Shown here piece after piece: positions 17,808 to 28,656 of a stretch of DNA of 64,000 nucleotides (positions are counted from its first letter, which is position 1; each line of letters opens with the position of its first letter). The stretch is from a virus. The position numbers were made by a program, and so were the translations under genes. Location of the stretch: positions 14,282 through 78,281 of IMG/VR virus record IMGVR_UViG_3300021963_000090; one strand, given 5' to 3'. A model generated the notes under the pieces. The model worked only from the letters and a program-made list of their open reading frames with translations. It was not told where the DNA came from and searched no databases.

Positions 17808-20800
17808 TAGTAATTACCCCCAAGAGTTCTAGATCTTCCTTCTTTAGCATTGACTAAGGCCAACTCAGCCTTGAACCTTCTCATTATATCATCTGCGGTA
17901 ACGTTTGTCCCATTTAAATCAATATCAATATTATAAACAATATTGCTGCTTGAAGAGTTGCCCATACCAGATATATTTCCAATTCTTCCACTTGGAATAT
18001 TGTAGCTTGCCCCCAAAATATTATTTGGAATTATTTGACCTCCAGATGAAGGAACAAATAGCTCTGGACCACGCTCTCCTACAAGATACGGTTGGGAGCC
18101 TGTCATTCCAGAAACCCCAGATGCAGCACGTCTTACATATCCGCCCATTGCTTTTCTTACTGCTTTTGGTAATAATATTTTTGCATCAGCGCCAATTGTG
18201 GTTCTATATTCTTCTGAGCCGTATTTAAAAGTATCATTTTTTTTCATATTATAATAATTTAATAACACTTCTCTTGCGTCATCGGTCAGATATCCATCTT
18301 TATCTGTAGACTTCTTTGCAGCAGAAGAAATTATACCTAATCTATCAGACATAGAGTATTTAGCAGGATCTGCTTGAACAGCCTTAATTGCCTTTTGAAG
18401 ATCTTCTGGAGTAATAGTTCTAGATTTACTTTCCCCCTTTGCCATTATATTATATATATCAGTCAAGCTTCTATTATCTTTACCCATAAGATCAAGTGAA
18501 AATGACGACATGCTTCCAGATAAAGCTTTTAGGTTATCAAATGCTCCGCCCATTGTAACTTCGCCCCGCCTTGGAAACATGTATGTTTTGCTTTCAGCTG
18601 GGATATACTTACCTTTAGCATCTTTGTTCAAGTAATTGCTAAAAGCTTCTGCCACATATTTATCTAAATTTGCGGCTTTAGCAACATCTTGCATAACATT
18701 TGAAAACAACATTTTAATCTCTGCTTCTTGAGACTTATAGTCTTTAGACTTAGGATTAAGCATAGAAAGCCTTGTGCCTAGGCTTGTTATTTGATTTGTA
18801 AGATCAGAAATAGTTTTAGCAGACTTTGCAAGATTGGTTGCCGCATTCTGGTTGGTATTAACATTTTGACCAGCCTTGTCTTTTGCTGCTGCATCATCAT
18901 CTAATAGTTTTTGCTGAATAGCTTCTTCTTTTCTAGCTTTTTCATCATAGTTTGCTTCTGCTATTCTAATGCTTGCTTCTTTTTGAATCTGCTGAATTCT
19001 AATTTGTGCAGCTGCTGCAGCCTCATTATCTCCACGAGCAATTGCAGATTGTAGGTCTAGCTTGGCTTGTTGTAATTCTAATTCTGCATTTTCACGATCA
19101 AATGTTTCTCTAAGGGCTCTCTTTCTGGCTTCTGCTCTCTCCCTAATAGCTTTAATTTCATCTTGTATTGCTTTTATTTTTGCTTTATCTAATCCAGCGG
19201 TTCCCTTTGCTCCCTTTTCGGCTGCTGTTTGAGCTGCCTTTTGAAGATCAGTAACTTTCTTTAATGTTGGCGCCACATTTGCAACACCATTAAGATTATT
19301 TCCAACAAGGAGTGCTGTGTCTGCTGCTGCCTGTAATCCCGCCTCAAATGTCGCTAATGTTTCTGCTTGAGCTGAACTGATTGCTTTTAAATCAATCTTA
19401 ACGCCAGCCAGCATTAATCTCCACTTAGCATACATTCCGCCAATTGTATCTGATTTATTTAATATATTTGCAAACTCTGGCCTCTGGGCTTTTAATGTTT
19501 TAAGTGTTTCTTCACCCAACTTATTATTTTTTATTCCAGACTCAGTCATTTTTTCAAACTGTATGGCTATTGCTCCTGCTTCGTCTAGCACCTTGCCAGA
19601 TTCATCTTTAGTTCCAATTAAAGAACTGACAGCTGCATCTAATGAAGTTATAGCAGTATCGACATTTGAAGCAAATGCTGACGGATCTATCTCGGTAACA
19701 TCTTTAATGTTTTGAGCTAAATTCTTTAATACAAATGATGCGGCAGAGCCTTTATCTGTAATTCCAGCAAATGCTTTATTGCTTATTGCTGATACTCCCA
19801 TACCAGCTTTATCTGAAGCTTCAACAAGGGCGTAAATAAGGTTAGTTGCTTCTTCTACACTCTTTCCACTAGCTAGCATTTGAGCCTTTAGGTTTGCGGC
19901 TAAGTCATTTACTTTGCTTGCGTCTATGTTATTAAAGGTGTCTATCATTTCTGGCATATCTGTTTTTACACGTTCTTTTAATTCTTTAAGCTGCTGAATT
20001 GTTAAAGTTAATCCCTTAACGCCAGAGGAACTATAGGACTCAAAGTAAGAACGTGCTTTATCTGCTGCAAGTTTTTGCTCTTCACGTAATAATTTTATTT
20101 TATCAGTAAGACTTGTATATTTAATTCCAAGCTCTTTGGCACCTTTTTCTGTAATACCATTAAGGGCTATAGAATCTCTTTTTGCATCAGCAACATTTTT
20201 TCTCCACGCCTGGAATGCTTTAACTAAACCAATAATCGCTGCTATTGCTATTCCGCCAGGGAGTGCTCTAGTTAGTAAAACTAATCCAGATCTAACAACA
20301 GATATTATTTTTGTCATGCTGGTAAATCCAGATATGATTTTAGGAACAATTGCTAAGACTTTTGTAAGTCCTCCTGGAGCAATCATTGGAAGTATCGATG
20401 CCATTTGCATAACAGTTCCAGCTGTTCCACCCATCATTTGTCCGCCAAACTGCATAGCCATACCTGCGCCCATTCCAGCCATTGGACTCATTCCACCGCC
20501 TGCACGGGGCCTTGTTAAAGATTGACCAAAAAATCCCTTTGATCTTGCTTCTTGAAATACGTTTGGTCTTTTAGGTCCGTAAACTGGACCTCCATCTTCG
20601 TATCCTTGAACCATTCCGCCCATATTATATTTATTACCATTAGCAGAAGGAACCATCCCTCCACTGTTAAATCTTATTGCTCCTGGAATTCTTCTGCCTG
20701 GTGCAAATCTTCCAGCTGATGCCAGGCCTCTTCCGATAGCTCTTGGATTAGCAATTCCTCTTATAAAACCCATAGATCTAGACAACATAGATGTATTTTT

Positions 20801-23800
20801 TTGAAATTCCATATCGTCAAGATGTGCCCAAACTTGATTAGTGCCGAACTGTGCTCCTCTTGTTGCGCCAGCACCGTAGTTACTTGGTCGTTGACCTGGA
20901 ATATTAATTCCAGTGGGGCTTGATCCACCACGCTTATTAGCTTGAGCTTGTGTTTCTCCAGGCCTTGGGGTCCTTCTGGTATCTCTTCTTCCAGGAGTCA
21001 TTCTATCTTTTTGATAAGCAAGGCTTATCCCTGGGAATCTTGATTCCAATGCTTTTACTTTTGAGTCTATGGAATTAAATGCAATTTGTCCAAGTCCAGC
21101 GTCTCTATATTTTCCTGTTGGAACAATTTTTGAAGCCATATCCTTAGCTACTGCATTCATAATACCTTTTGTTTCTTGTGGAGAAACTCCATTGTGCAAC
21201 AAGAAATCTTCTAGATCAATTAATCTTCCTGGCTCTTGTAAAGCAGCAATAATGTCTGCACCATTTGCACCACTGCCTCCCAGTTTTCCCGCAAGGGCGT
21301 CGTTCAGTGACTGTGGAAGAATCATTCCCCATCTGCCAACTAAATTAGCTTCTTTGCTGCTTCTACTGTTATATCCAAAAGAACCAAGTATGCTATTTGA
21401 AACGCCTGATGGCATATAGCCATCATTTGAAGATCCCAGATATCCACCATCATTTATTGATTTAAGTAAACCTAGATTTGCCTGAGTTGCCTCTTTATTT
21501 ACAACGAACTCTCCAGGAGTAAGAATTGCTGGAACAATATCCCTATTTACATTTGGTCCAGGAACAATGTTTCCATCGTTCATAGTATAAACATAACCAC
21601 CAGAATTCATCTTGCGTGGAACTGTTGTTTCAATATTATAACCAGCGCCTGATGTTCTTACCCCAAGTGCGCCTGCTACTTTATTTATAAAATCTCTAGT
21701 TCTTCCTTTTTTGAAAAGCTCTCTCATATTAGACTTTCCAGTAGGATCAACAACTGGCTGATTTAATGTAGGAACCATAGTAGGATTAATAGTTCTGCCC
21801 ATTGCTGCTGCCTGTGTTGTAACAGCAGAAGAAATCATTCTTTCTGTTTCTAAGTTAAGAGCAATAATTTTTGCTTTAGCAGACTCTACTGTTAATTTAC
21901 CTGCACGAAGTTCTGCAACAATTAATGCAGACTCTCTGGCAGCATTATCTGTTAATTTAGATACAACTGGAAGTATGTCGTCAAACTGCATCATAAATTC
22001 TCTGCTTACTGTACCAGTAGCAACAATTTGTTTCTTTAATGCTTCAATTTCTGCCTTTGACTGCATAGCAAGTGTGGCCATCATGGAATGCCATCTTGCC
22101 GCCTCTCCTGAAACTATACCAGTTGAAACTCCGCCAACAGATGTAAGTCCTGGAACATTTGGCAAAGCATCGTTCATGTAAATCTGAGGATTTTGTCCAA
22201 TCTTCTGATTTACCATTCCAGATCCTGGAACCATTCCAAACATTGTCTGTGCAAGTCTTTCTTGCTCTGTCATTCCAGATCTTGGAACCATATGTGAACT
22301 TGCTCTTGTTCCCATTGGACCTACTAATGGATGTTGTGGATTTACAACTCTTCCGCCGCCTGCGGCCATAACTAAATTTCCAGCCATTGTTGATACTGCT
22401 GGATTTACACTAAGTGCTCCTGCTTTTGCTTTTGCTTCTAGTACTGAAAACTCATCAATTAAGTTTCCTAATGCTTGTTTTAATACTGCCGCTGCTTTTG
22501 CATCGCTATAGAATGATTGTTCAACTAATTTACCAGCTTTTTCTGCAGCCAAAATTTCTGGTGTAAGATATTTCCATCCTTCTCCGCCTTTAAAGAATGC
22601 CTTCATATGGAAGACGCCCTTCATCATGTATCCAAAGAAGTTAGCAAGAACACCAGTAATCATAATCAATGGACCAGCTATTGCTGTAACTCCACCAAGA
22701 AGTGCTAGTATTTGTTTTACTGGTCCAGGCAAATTATTTGCAAACTGTACAACCTTATCAATTACCTGAATAAGAGCTGTGTTAATAGTTAAGAATTGCT
22801 CACCAACATCTGCTAAAGATGCCTTTAAGCTTTCTAATGCTCTACGGTATTTACCTGAAGCAGATTCTGTAACTGCTGTTAATTCTCGACCTGCAACTGC
22901 AGCTAATTCGTCTGACGAAGCCTTCATAAGATCTAATACCTGAAGAGTCTGGCTTCCTTGTCTTCCCAGATTTTCAAATAAAGCATTCAATCTTGAGAAC
23001 TGGAATTTACCAAACAACTGCTCAATTGCCTGTTGCTTCTGTAGCGGATTGAGAGTATCTAATGCGCTCTGCAACGCCATAAGAGTTCCCGTTAAGTTGC
23101 CAGCGTTATTATTAACAATTCCTAAAAGATCTATACCTAAAGTTTTAAACTTTCCTACTGCAACATCGGTTGGGTTAATCAGAGATGCGAGAGCTGACTT
23201 TAAGGCGTTTGCTCCTTCTGATGCATTAACTCCACCTTCACGCATCGCTGTTAGATACAAGGCTAGATCTTCTATGCTTCCGCCCAATCCTTTAATGATA
23301 GGTCCAGCCTTTGGAATAGCCTCTACTAAGTCATTAAGAGTTGTCGATGTTTGGTTTTCAACTGCGTTTAAAAAGTTAATTGATTGAGAAAGCTCATCTG
23401 TATTCTGTTTAAATGCTGACTGTATTGCTAGCGTTGCCTTCATTGCATCTTGACGATCTACTTCACCAAGCACTGCAAGTCTTGTTGTTTCTTTAATAGA
23501 GCCTAAAAGCTCATCTCCAGTTTTACCTGTTGCTGCAATGTCCGCAGCTAGACCAATTGTTTCTTTAAAGCTAACACCCATAGCAGCAGAAATTTCTTTA
23601 GCCGTTTGAGTAACATCTTCTCTAACTTTACCAAGTTCCTGGGCTGAAGTTCCAGCCACATCACCGTACACCTTTGTAAGTCTTACAAGCTCTTGATCTG
23701 CTTGTCTAAATGCATCGGCTGCCGCTTTACCAAAAGCTGCCAATGGTACGGTTAAGCCTACTGTTAACTGACGACCAGCCCACTGAGTATTCTTACCCCA

Positions 23801-24322
23801 GTTAATAAGTTGTCCAGCACCATCCTGAATAACCTTATTCATAATCTGCAATTCTTGTCTTGCAATTGCAGTCTTATTCTTTACTTCATCGAGACCTCTT
23901 GGAACATGCACATTGAACTGCATTAATCCTTGAGCGTTTCTGCCTAGTGGTTGTAGTACTGCATTCTGTAGAGCTACTTGCTGCTTAGCAAGGTCTCTAA
24001 TTAATCCGCCAGTTCCTTGAGCATGCTGTCTAAATGTATTAAAGTATTGATTTAGCTTTAGCTTTCCGCCATCTAAATTTTTACCAAACTTTTCTACATC
24101 TGACTGTAAGCTTACGAAGTGTGTTGAGAACTGGCCTGTACTTCTTAGTGTGTCCGAAAAGGACCTGTTCATTACGGCAATTTGATTTGCCAACATCTTG
24201 TTAGAGTTAGCTAACTGCTCCTGCAATTTAGATAGGCTTGCAGTAACCTTATGCACATCGGCAATAAGGGCTGAGAAGTCGGCGTTAGCGACTATGCGGG
24301 TACTGATTGTTTCGTCAGCCAT
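17807..24322 (-). CDS. Tape measure protein
   Basis: 2171 aa, Ala/Leu-rich helical; TP901-type core, DIVPAILTPGEFVVNK and YLVGERGPELFVP motifs; follows tail chaperones. Confidence 0.95.
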   Translation of the reverse strand: MADETISTRIVANADFSALIADVHKVTASLSKLQEQLANSNKMLANQIAVMNRSFSDTLRSTGQFSTHFVSLQSDVEKFGKNLDGGKLKLNQYFNTFRQHAQGTGGLIRDLAKQQVALQNAVLQPLGRNAQGLMQFNVHVPRGLDEVKNKTAIARQELQIMNKVIQDGAGQLINWGKNTQWAGRQLTVGLTVPLAAFGKAAADAFRQADQELVRLTKVYGDVAGTSAQELGKVREDVTQTAKEISAAMGVSFKETIGLAADIAATGKTGDELLGSIKETTRLAVLGEVDRQDAMKATLAIQSAFKQNTDELSQSINFLNAVENQTSTTLNDLVEAIPKAGPIIKGLGGSIEDLALYLTAMREGGVNASEGANALKSALASLINPTDVAVGKFKTLGIDLLGIVNNNAGNLTGTLMALQSALDTLNPLQKQQAIEQLFGKFQFSRLNALFENLGRQGSQTLQVLDLMKASSDELAAVAGRELTAVTESASGKYRRALESLKASLADVGEQFLTINTALIQVIDKVVQFANNLPGPVKQILALLGGVTAIAGPLIMITGVLANFFGYMMKGVFHMKAFFKGGEGWKYLTPEILAAEKAGKLVEQSFYSDAKAAAVLKQALGNLIDEFSVLEAKAKAGALSVNPAVSTMAGNLVMAAGGGRVVNPQHPLVGPMGTRASSHMVPRSGMTEQERLAQTMFGMVPGSGMVNQKIGQNPQIYMNDALPNVPGLTSVGGVSTGIVSGEAARWHSMMATLAMQSKAEIEALKKQIVATGTVSREFMMQFDDILPVVSKLTDNAARESALIVAELRAGKLTVESAKAKIIALNLETERMISSAVTTQAAAMGRTINPTMVPTLNQPVVDPTGKSNMRELFKKGRTRDFINKVAGALGVRTSGAGYNIETTVPRKMNSGGYVYTMNDGNIVPGPNVNRDIVPAILTPGEFVVNKEATQANLGLLKSINDGGYLGSSNDGYMPSGVSNSILGSFGYNSRSSKEANLVGRWGMILPQSLNDALAGKLGGSGANGADIIAALQEPGRLIDLEDFLLHNGVSPQETKGIMNAVAKDMASKIVPTGKYRDAGLGQIAFNSIDSKVKALESRFPGISLAYQKDRMTPGRRDTRRTPRPGETQAQANKRGGSSPTGINIPGQRPSNYGAGATRGAQFGTNQVWAHLDDMEFQKNTSMLSRSMGFIRGIANPRAIGRGLASAGRFAPGRRIPGAIRFNSGGMVPSANGNKYNMGGMVQGYEDGGPVYGPKRPNVFQEARSKGFFGQSLTRPRAGGGMSPMAGMGAGMAMQFGGQMMGGTAGTVMQMASILPMIAPGGLTKVLAIVPKIISGFTSMTKIISVVRSGLVLLTRALPGGIAIAAIIGLVKAFQAWRKNVADAKRDSIALNGITEKGAKELGIKYTSLTDKIKLLREEQKLAADKARSYFESYSSSGVKGLTLTIQQLKELKERVKTDMPEMIDTFNNIDASKVNDLAANLKAQMLASGKSVEEATNLIYALVEASDKAGMGVSAISNKAFAGITDKGSAASFVLKNLAQNIKDVTEIDPSAFASNVDTAITSLDAAVSSLIGTKDESGKVLDEAGAIAIQFEKMTESGIKNNKLGEETLKTLKAQRPEFANILNKSDTIGGMYAKWRLMLAGVKIDLKAISSAQAETLATFEAGLQAAADTALLVGNNLNGVANVAPTLKKVTDLQKAAQTAAEKGAKGTAGLDKAKIKAIQDEIKAIRERAEARKRALRETFDRENAELELQQAKLDLQSAIARGDNEAAAAAQIRIQQIQKEASIRIAEANYDEKARKEEAIQQKLLDDDAAAKDKAGQNVNTNQNAATNLAKSAKTISDLTNQITSLGTRLSMLNPKSKDYKSQEAEIKMLFSNVMQDVAKAANLDKYVAEAFSNYLNKDAKGKYIPAESKTYMFPRRGEVTMGGAFDNLKALSGSMSSFSLDLMGKDNRSLTDIYNIMAKGESKSRTITPEDLQKAIKAVQADPAKYSMSDRLGIISSAAKKSTDKDGYLTDDAREVLLNYYNMKKNDTFKYGSEEYRTTIGADAKILLPKAVRKAMGGYVRRAASGVSGMTGSQPYLVGERGPELFVPSSGGQIIPNNILGASYNIPSGRIGNISGMGNSSSSNIVYNIDIDLNGTNVTADDIMRRFKAELALVNAKEGRSRTLGGNY

Positions 24323-24332
24323 TTATCTCCAG

Positions 24333-24707
24333 TTACTCCTTAGAGTATCCTAGTCCTTCTCCAATTCCGAATCCAGCCTGAGCTGCGAATCTTCCTTGTA
24401 GCGACACAACATCGTTGCTATTAGCATTTATTCCTGCTGCTCTCAACTGTATGTCTTCAAAACTAGAAGCCTCCTTTTTATCTTCTTGATACTCACCTAT
24501 ATCTACTCCCTTTAAAGATGCTTGGAACTTTTTTAGATCATGTTCCTTTTTCTTCAAAGCCTGGAAAGTATTTATAAGTTCTGGCATTGATAGATTTTCT
24601 TCAAGTTCATCGTAATTTTTCCAATGACCTAAAAGAAAAAGTTCTCCTTCTAAAGCGGCTAAGTCTAGTTCTGACCAGCCAGAACCGCTGCCGCTAGTAG
24701 GTTTGGG
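24333..24707 (-). CDS. Tail assembly chaperone, frameshift-extended part (gpGT-like)
   Basis: The -1 frame is open from the slippery site (PKPTSGSGSGWSELDLAALEGELFLLGHW...) into the 24333-24587 ORF. Confidence 0.85.
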   Translation of the reverse strand, partial: PKPTSGSGSGWSELDLAALEGELFLLGHWKNYDELEENLSMPELINTFQALKKKEHDLKKFQASLKGVDIGEYQEDKKEASSFEDIQLRAAGINANSNDVVSLQGRFAAQAGFGIGEGLGYSKE

Positions 24708-24997
24708 TCGTCAAGTTTAATTCCTCCGCAAACTTCAAGGATGCGGTTCATTGTTGGAACATCAAGAGCGTCTTCGAATGCATCTCTATTTGCTACTAGT
24801 TCTGGTAATTGTCTTTCTAATGCAATTGCACAGGCATCGATCAAGATGTTAAGTGTCTCATCTTCTGTTTGAGATTCGCCTGTCTTTTGTATTGCTATCA
24901 TGAACTTACGAAGTTCTTTAATCGATAGTGGCTTTAGCTTTGCTATGTCACCATTTTGTAGAGTTACTTCTTCTACGTCATATACTGTTGTTGCCAA
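24665..24997 (-). CDS. Tail assembly chaperone (gpG-like)
   Basis: Between major tail and TMP; TTG start at 24997 after AGGAGG. Confidence 0.85.
   Translation of the reverse strand: MATTVYDVEEVTLQNGDIAKLKPLSIKELRKFMIAIQKTGESQTEDETLNILIDACAIALERQLPELVANRDAFEDALDVPTMNRILEVCGGIKLDDPNLLAAAVLAGQN
24701..24707 (-). other. Programmed -1 ribosomal frameshift slippery site C CCA AAC
   Basis: X XXY YYZ heptamer in the correct frame, followed after 5 nt by a nested stem-loop (AGCGGC/GCCGCT enclosing GTTCTG/CAGAAC). Confidence 0.85.
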
Positions 24998-25057
24998 TTT
25001 AATCCTCCTAGGATCTACTCTCAATCATTATACTAAAAATAATATACTAATACAACC

Positions 25058-25082
25058 AGAAAGCCCCTGATTTCTCAGGGGC
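25058..25082 (-). terminator. Intrinsic terminator after major tail gene
   Basis: GCCCCTGA-GAAA-TCAGGGGC hairpin followed by TTTCT. Confidence 0.7.
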
Positions 25083-25103
25083 CCCATGGAATTAATTATT
25101 TAA

Positions 25104-25826
25104 TTATACTACCAATACACGGTCAATAATCTTACCGTACTCTTGTCCTTCGTAGCCGCTCATAGCGGTTGGAAGAAGACGGAATGTTACTGGGAATGTG
25201 GTTGGGGCTGAACGAGCCAAAGTAAACTGTGACTGTTGTACTGAAAGAACACGACGTGCATAATATACACGCTCTGTCTGAGCACCTGATGTAGTTGGTG
25301 CTTGACCAACTGCAACAAGCTGACGCTCTGTTGGTGCAATACCAAGAGCACCTGCGGCTAGACCTAGAGTATCCTTCTTAGTTGTGCCTGTACCTGTTGA
25401 AATAATTGTGTTATCTTGTGTGATTGCGGTGTTATTGGTTGGATCGTCTGGCTGTCCGAAAACTACTAGAACGTTCTCTAGTGTTCCTTCTGACATTTCA
25501 GTTGCGATCATAACCTCCATCGCTGACTTGAACAGCTTTGCTGTATCAAGAAGCTGGTCGACAGTTACTGAATCATATGTTGGATTGTATGTAATCTGCA
25601 AACCGTTGTTGGTAAAACCTACGTTTCTGTAATAGAAAGTACCAGACTCAACTGCGTTAAGTGTATCTGTATAGGATGTTCCTGTTACAAATGCACCAGC
25701 GTTAGTTGTTCCTGGCTCTGAGTTTTCGTATGTTGCGTATCCTGATGTTGTTGAATCAATGTTTGAAATAAACAACGGAGATGCACCTACGAGAATGTTT
25801 TTAGCATTACCTGCGTTTTGTGCCAT
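25104..25826 (-). CDS. Major tail tube protein
   Basis: VGFTNNGLQITYNP...VDQ...E.TLEN motif, strong AGGAGG RBS, position upstream of chaperones. Confidence 0.88.
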   Translation of the reverse strand: MAQNAGNAKNILVGASPLFISNIDSTTSGYATYENSEPGTTNAGAFVTGTSYTDTLNAVESGTFYYRNVGFTNNGLQITYNPTYDSVTVDQLLDTAKLFKSAMEVMIATEMSEGTLENVLVVFGQPDDPTNNTAITQDNTIISTGTGTTKKDTLGLAAGALGIAPTERQLVAVGQAPTTSGAQTERVYYARRVLSVQQSQFTLARSAPTTFPVTFRLLPTAMSGYEGQEYGKIIDRVLVV

Positions 25827-25946
25827 ATTGTGTTTCCACCTCCTGGAATTCTTTGGTTATTAAATTGTAAATCTAAAAATCTTGGCTGGCTAGGCCTCTT
25901 CCCTCTTGGTACAATTTTAGTCCATTAAGGGTAAAAAGGCAAACCC

Positions 25947-26459
25947 CTATAGGAATCTCCCTTGTCCGTCTGTAATTCTAGAATATTTAATTTCTAGAAT
26001 GACCTCAGCGGCAAAGAAACCTTGTAGCTCTTCTGATGGGGCAGTTGGAGAGATATCTGCTATCCAAATAGTATGGAATTTAAACTTATCTGATAGTTCT
26101 GCCCATTTGTTTATATCTCTAGCTGACTCATCCATACGCCTAAATTCATCAGTTAGATAGTTTCTGATCTCATTTATATCAGACACAGAGGTTGAATATA
26201 GGGTAAGCATTATTTGCTCACAGCATATGAGCCAGTTATCCTCATATGACATTCCGACCTTATCATATACAATATGCTTCTTTCCGCTCAAGAACTGATT
26301 CATTTCTGCTGCCTGCTGAACAGGAATAATTGGAACTATATTTTCATTTAAATTATCGCTCCAGTAGTCATCTTGGTCAAATATATTTCTAGAAGATAGT
26401 TGATCCCACAAATACTTTCTAAGTTCTAGCATTGCGTCTAACTTATAATTAGCTGTCAT
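25947..26459 (-). CDS. Putative tail terminator/completion protein
   Basis: Position and size in the neck module. Confidence 0.55.
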   Translation of the reverse strand: MTANYKLDAMLELRKYLWDQLSSRNIFDQDDYWSDNLNENIVPIIPVQQAAEMNQFLSGKKHIVYDKVGMSYEDNWLICCEQIMLTLYSTSVSDINEIRNYLTDEFRRMDESARDINKWAELSDKFKFHTIWIADISPTAPSEELQGFFAAEVILEIKYSRITDGQGRFL

Positions 26460-27241
26460 AGGGCACCTCCGAATGCTATAGCAAGTGCTGAGTCTGCCTG
26501 AGATCTAACAATATTAGGAGAAAACTTATATTGAACTTTTTTAATATTAGATGGAAGCTTCATAGCTTTAGTCAGTCTTGAATTAAATAAAGATTGAAAC
26601 CCAGAATTTTTAATAGATGTATTTACTAACTGTCCGCTAAAAAATCTAGAATACGCAAGAGCAAACTGATTTCTTGCTGCTGACCCTCCAGGTCTTTTTA
26701 CTGTAACTGGTGCACCTTTAGGCATAAATACTGTTTCTCCATTATATTCAAATACCAGTCTTTCCGCATTCTTTGGTCTAATAACTAATGGCAATCCTTC
26801 TTCCATTACTGCGGCTTTGTTAATAAACATATGTCGTCTTTTACCTTTACCAGTTGGAACCATAGATCTTGAAGGCTTAAATTCATAATTAATTCTAAAA
26901 GAAAGGCCTTGCTCAGAAATTTTATTTATTTTAAATAGCCTTGCAGTTGGATTTCCAACCTTTTTCCACTCATACACATGGTGCAAAGACTTTGGTCTTG
27001 TTCTTGCAAGTGCGTCTACATAGTTACCAAAATCATCATTTATTTGATCAAATATTGTTTTTGTAAAAGCATTTTGAAACTGCTTGCTAGATGTTAGTTT
27101 TGCTATTACATTAGCTTGATAATATATATACGCAGATACTTGAGCTACCGTACTATCTTTCAAAGTTCCGCCTGGACCAGATCCACCCATTAGTCTTTCT
27201 AGACCGCTAGATGCTTGAACCAGAAGATTGCTATTGTCCAA
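26456..27241 (-). CDS. Putative neck/tail completion protein
   Basis: Basic 261-aa protein in the head-tail joining cluster. Confidence 0.5.
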   Translation of the reverse strand: MDNSNLLVQASSGLERLMGGSGPGGTLKDSTVAQVSAYIYYQANVIAKLTSSKQFQNAFTKTIFDQINDDFGNYVDALARTRPKSLHHVYEWKKVGNPTARLFKINKISEQGLSFRINYEFKPSRSMVPTGKGKRRHMFINKAAVMEEGLPLVIRPKNAERLVFEYNGETVFMPKGAPVTVKRPGGSAARNQFALAYSRFFSGQLVNTSIKNSGFQSLFNSRLTKAMKLPSNIKKVQYKFSPNIVRSQADSALAIAFGGAL

Positions 27242-27659
27242 TTTGCTGATTCTCCGATCTCTTCATAGATGAGTTATATGCTATCACACGGCCAAATGGG
27301 TCTGTGACTGGGGTTGTTCCCATTACTTCAAATACAGTTGGAGTCTCGCTAGGGAAATTGATTTCGTGCCAAATAACATTGCCATCGTTATCTCTAATGT
27401 TAGTAACTTTTTCTCTTGGAGTTAGTCTCTCAGATGTTCTAACCTGAATAATTTGATCGTTGATATACTTGTTTGAAAATACTTGTTTATCACTAGACCT
27501 AGTTGTTGCAGAGTTGCTAATAACTCCCTTTGCATGGCATGCTACAGTTTTATAGTATGACCATTCACGAATAATAGCCCCAGTATCTGTATCTTGAACT
27601 TCAGTCTGCTTATAAACATCTAGATGCATAGACAAGACTGAGTCTATTAGGTCGTTCAT
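27231..27659 (-). CDS. Putative head closure (stopper) protein
   Basis: Beta-rich 142 aa after the adaptor; DTGAIIREW pattern. Confidence 0.55.
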   Translation of the reverse strand: MNDLIDSVLSMHLDVYKQTEVQDTDTGAIIREWSYYKTVACHAKGVISNSATTRSSDKQVFSNKYINDQIIQVRTSERLTPREKVTNIRDNDGNVIWHEINFPSETPTVFEVMGTTPVTDPFGRVIAYNSSMKRSENQQIGQ

Positions 27660-28642
27660 TATATAATTTCTACCTTTGTAGTAAGGACATAGTCTGCCAG
27701 CAATTTATCTGCATATGCATTTCCTGTACCAGTATGTGCTTCTCCAGTATATTCAAAGTCCCAGTCAAATGTTGATATCTTCTTAATATACTTGTTTCTC
27801 CATACACTGTCTTTAGTAAAGTAGTCTTTCATTAATTCAATTGCCGCTAACTCTACGTCGTCTGGGACCTTTTCCCAACCAAATCTGCCCTGTACCTTGT
27901 AAGGTACCCCAGACTGAAAAACTCCAGAAGCATAATCATGTATGCTTGGCGGGACCATTCCATTTGCTGTATACACAGTATTGTCTAACATTCCTGCACG
28001 ATTAATTTTAATTCCATATCCTGTTTCAGAAACTTCTACTGGATAATTCCAATTGTCTATTTCATTAATTGTGTCTAATAGCAAAATGTCTCTGGCATAC
28101 AATTCATGTAGGGTATTGATTTTTGCTGGCAAAGGAAGAATGTCTGAATCATATCCATATACGACATAAAGATCATCGTACAAATAGAAACTCTGTCCTG
28201 TGTGCTGCTCTATCTGTTTACGAGCATATCTTTCTGCTCTCACCAGTTCTTTATATGATTTATAATTTGGGTCTGAAGAATCTATGCTAAATCCTAGATC
28301 TTGAACGTGATTAAAGTCAACATATGGGGTTACTACATAAACCTCATCCATACGTATTACATTTGTAGAGCCAATCATATACTCCCATTGAAGCCTCAAT
28401 GTTTTATTTCTATCAGTATATTGATATGGAATATTTACGGCATATGCGCCAGGATTATTCTCGTCTGGAACAGATGTAAGAATTGTAAGTAAGTGTGTAG
28501 GATTGATTGCTGGACTAATAGCAGGATCATTAGTTACATCATATAGCTTTACTATAGGAGTAGTGTCTGGTACTGTTACATCACCGTTCCAAAAAATCTG
28601 ATGCGTAATTGGGGACTGTGTCCTAATTAATATCTCTGCCAT
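27659..28642 (-). CDS. Head-tail adaptor/connector with N-terminal Ig-like domain
   Basis: ARKQIEQHTGQSF, GRFGWEKVPDDVELAA and TGNAYADKLL motifs typical of gp6/gp15-like adaptors. Confidence 0.75.
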   Translation of the reverse strand: MAEILIRTQSPITHQIFWNGDVTVPDTTPIVKLYDVTNDPAISPAINPTHLLTILTSVPDENNPGAYAVNIPYQYTDRNKTLRLQWEYMIGSTNVIRMDEVYVVTPYVDFNHVQDLGFSIDSSDPNYKSYKELVRAERYARKQIEQHTGQSFYLYDDLYVVYGYDSDILPLPAKINTLHELYARDILLLDTINEIDNWNYPVEVSETGYGIKINRAGMLDNTVYTANGMVPPSIHDYASGVFQSGVPYKVQGRFGWEKVPDDVELAAIELMKDYFTKDSVWRNKYIKKISTFDWDFEYTGEAHTGTGNAYADKLLADYVLTTKVEII

Positions 28643-28656
28643 CTTATAGGCCTAGA

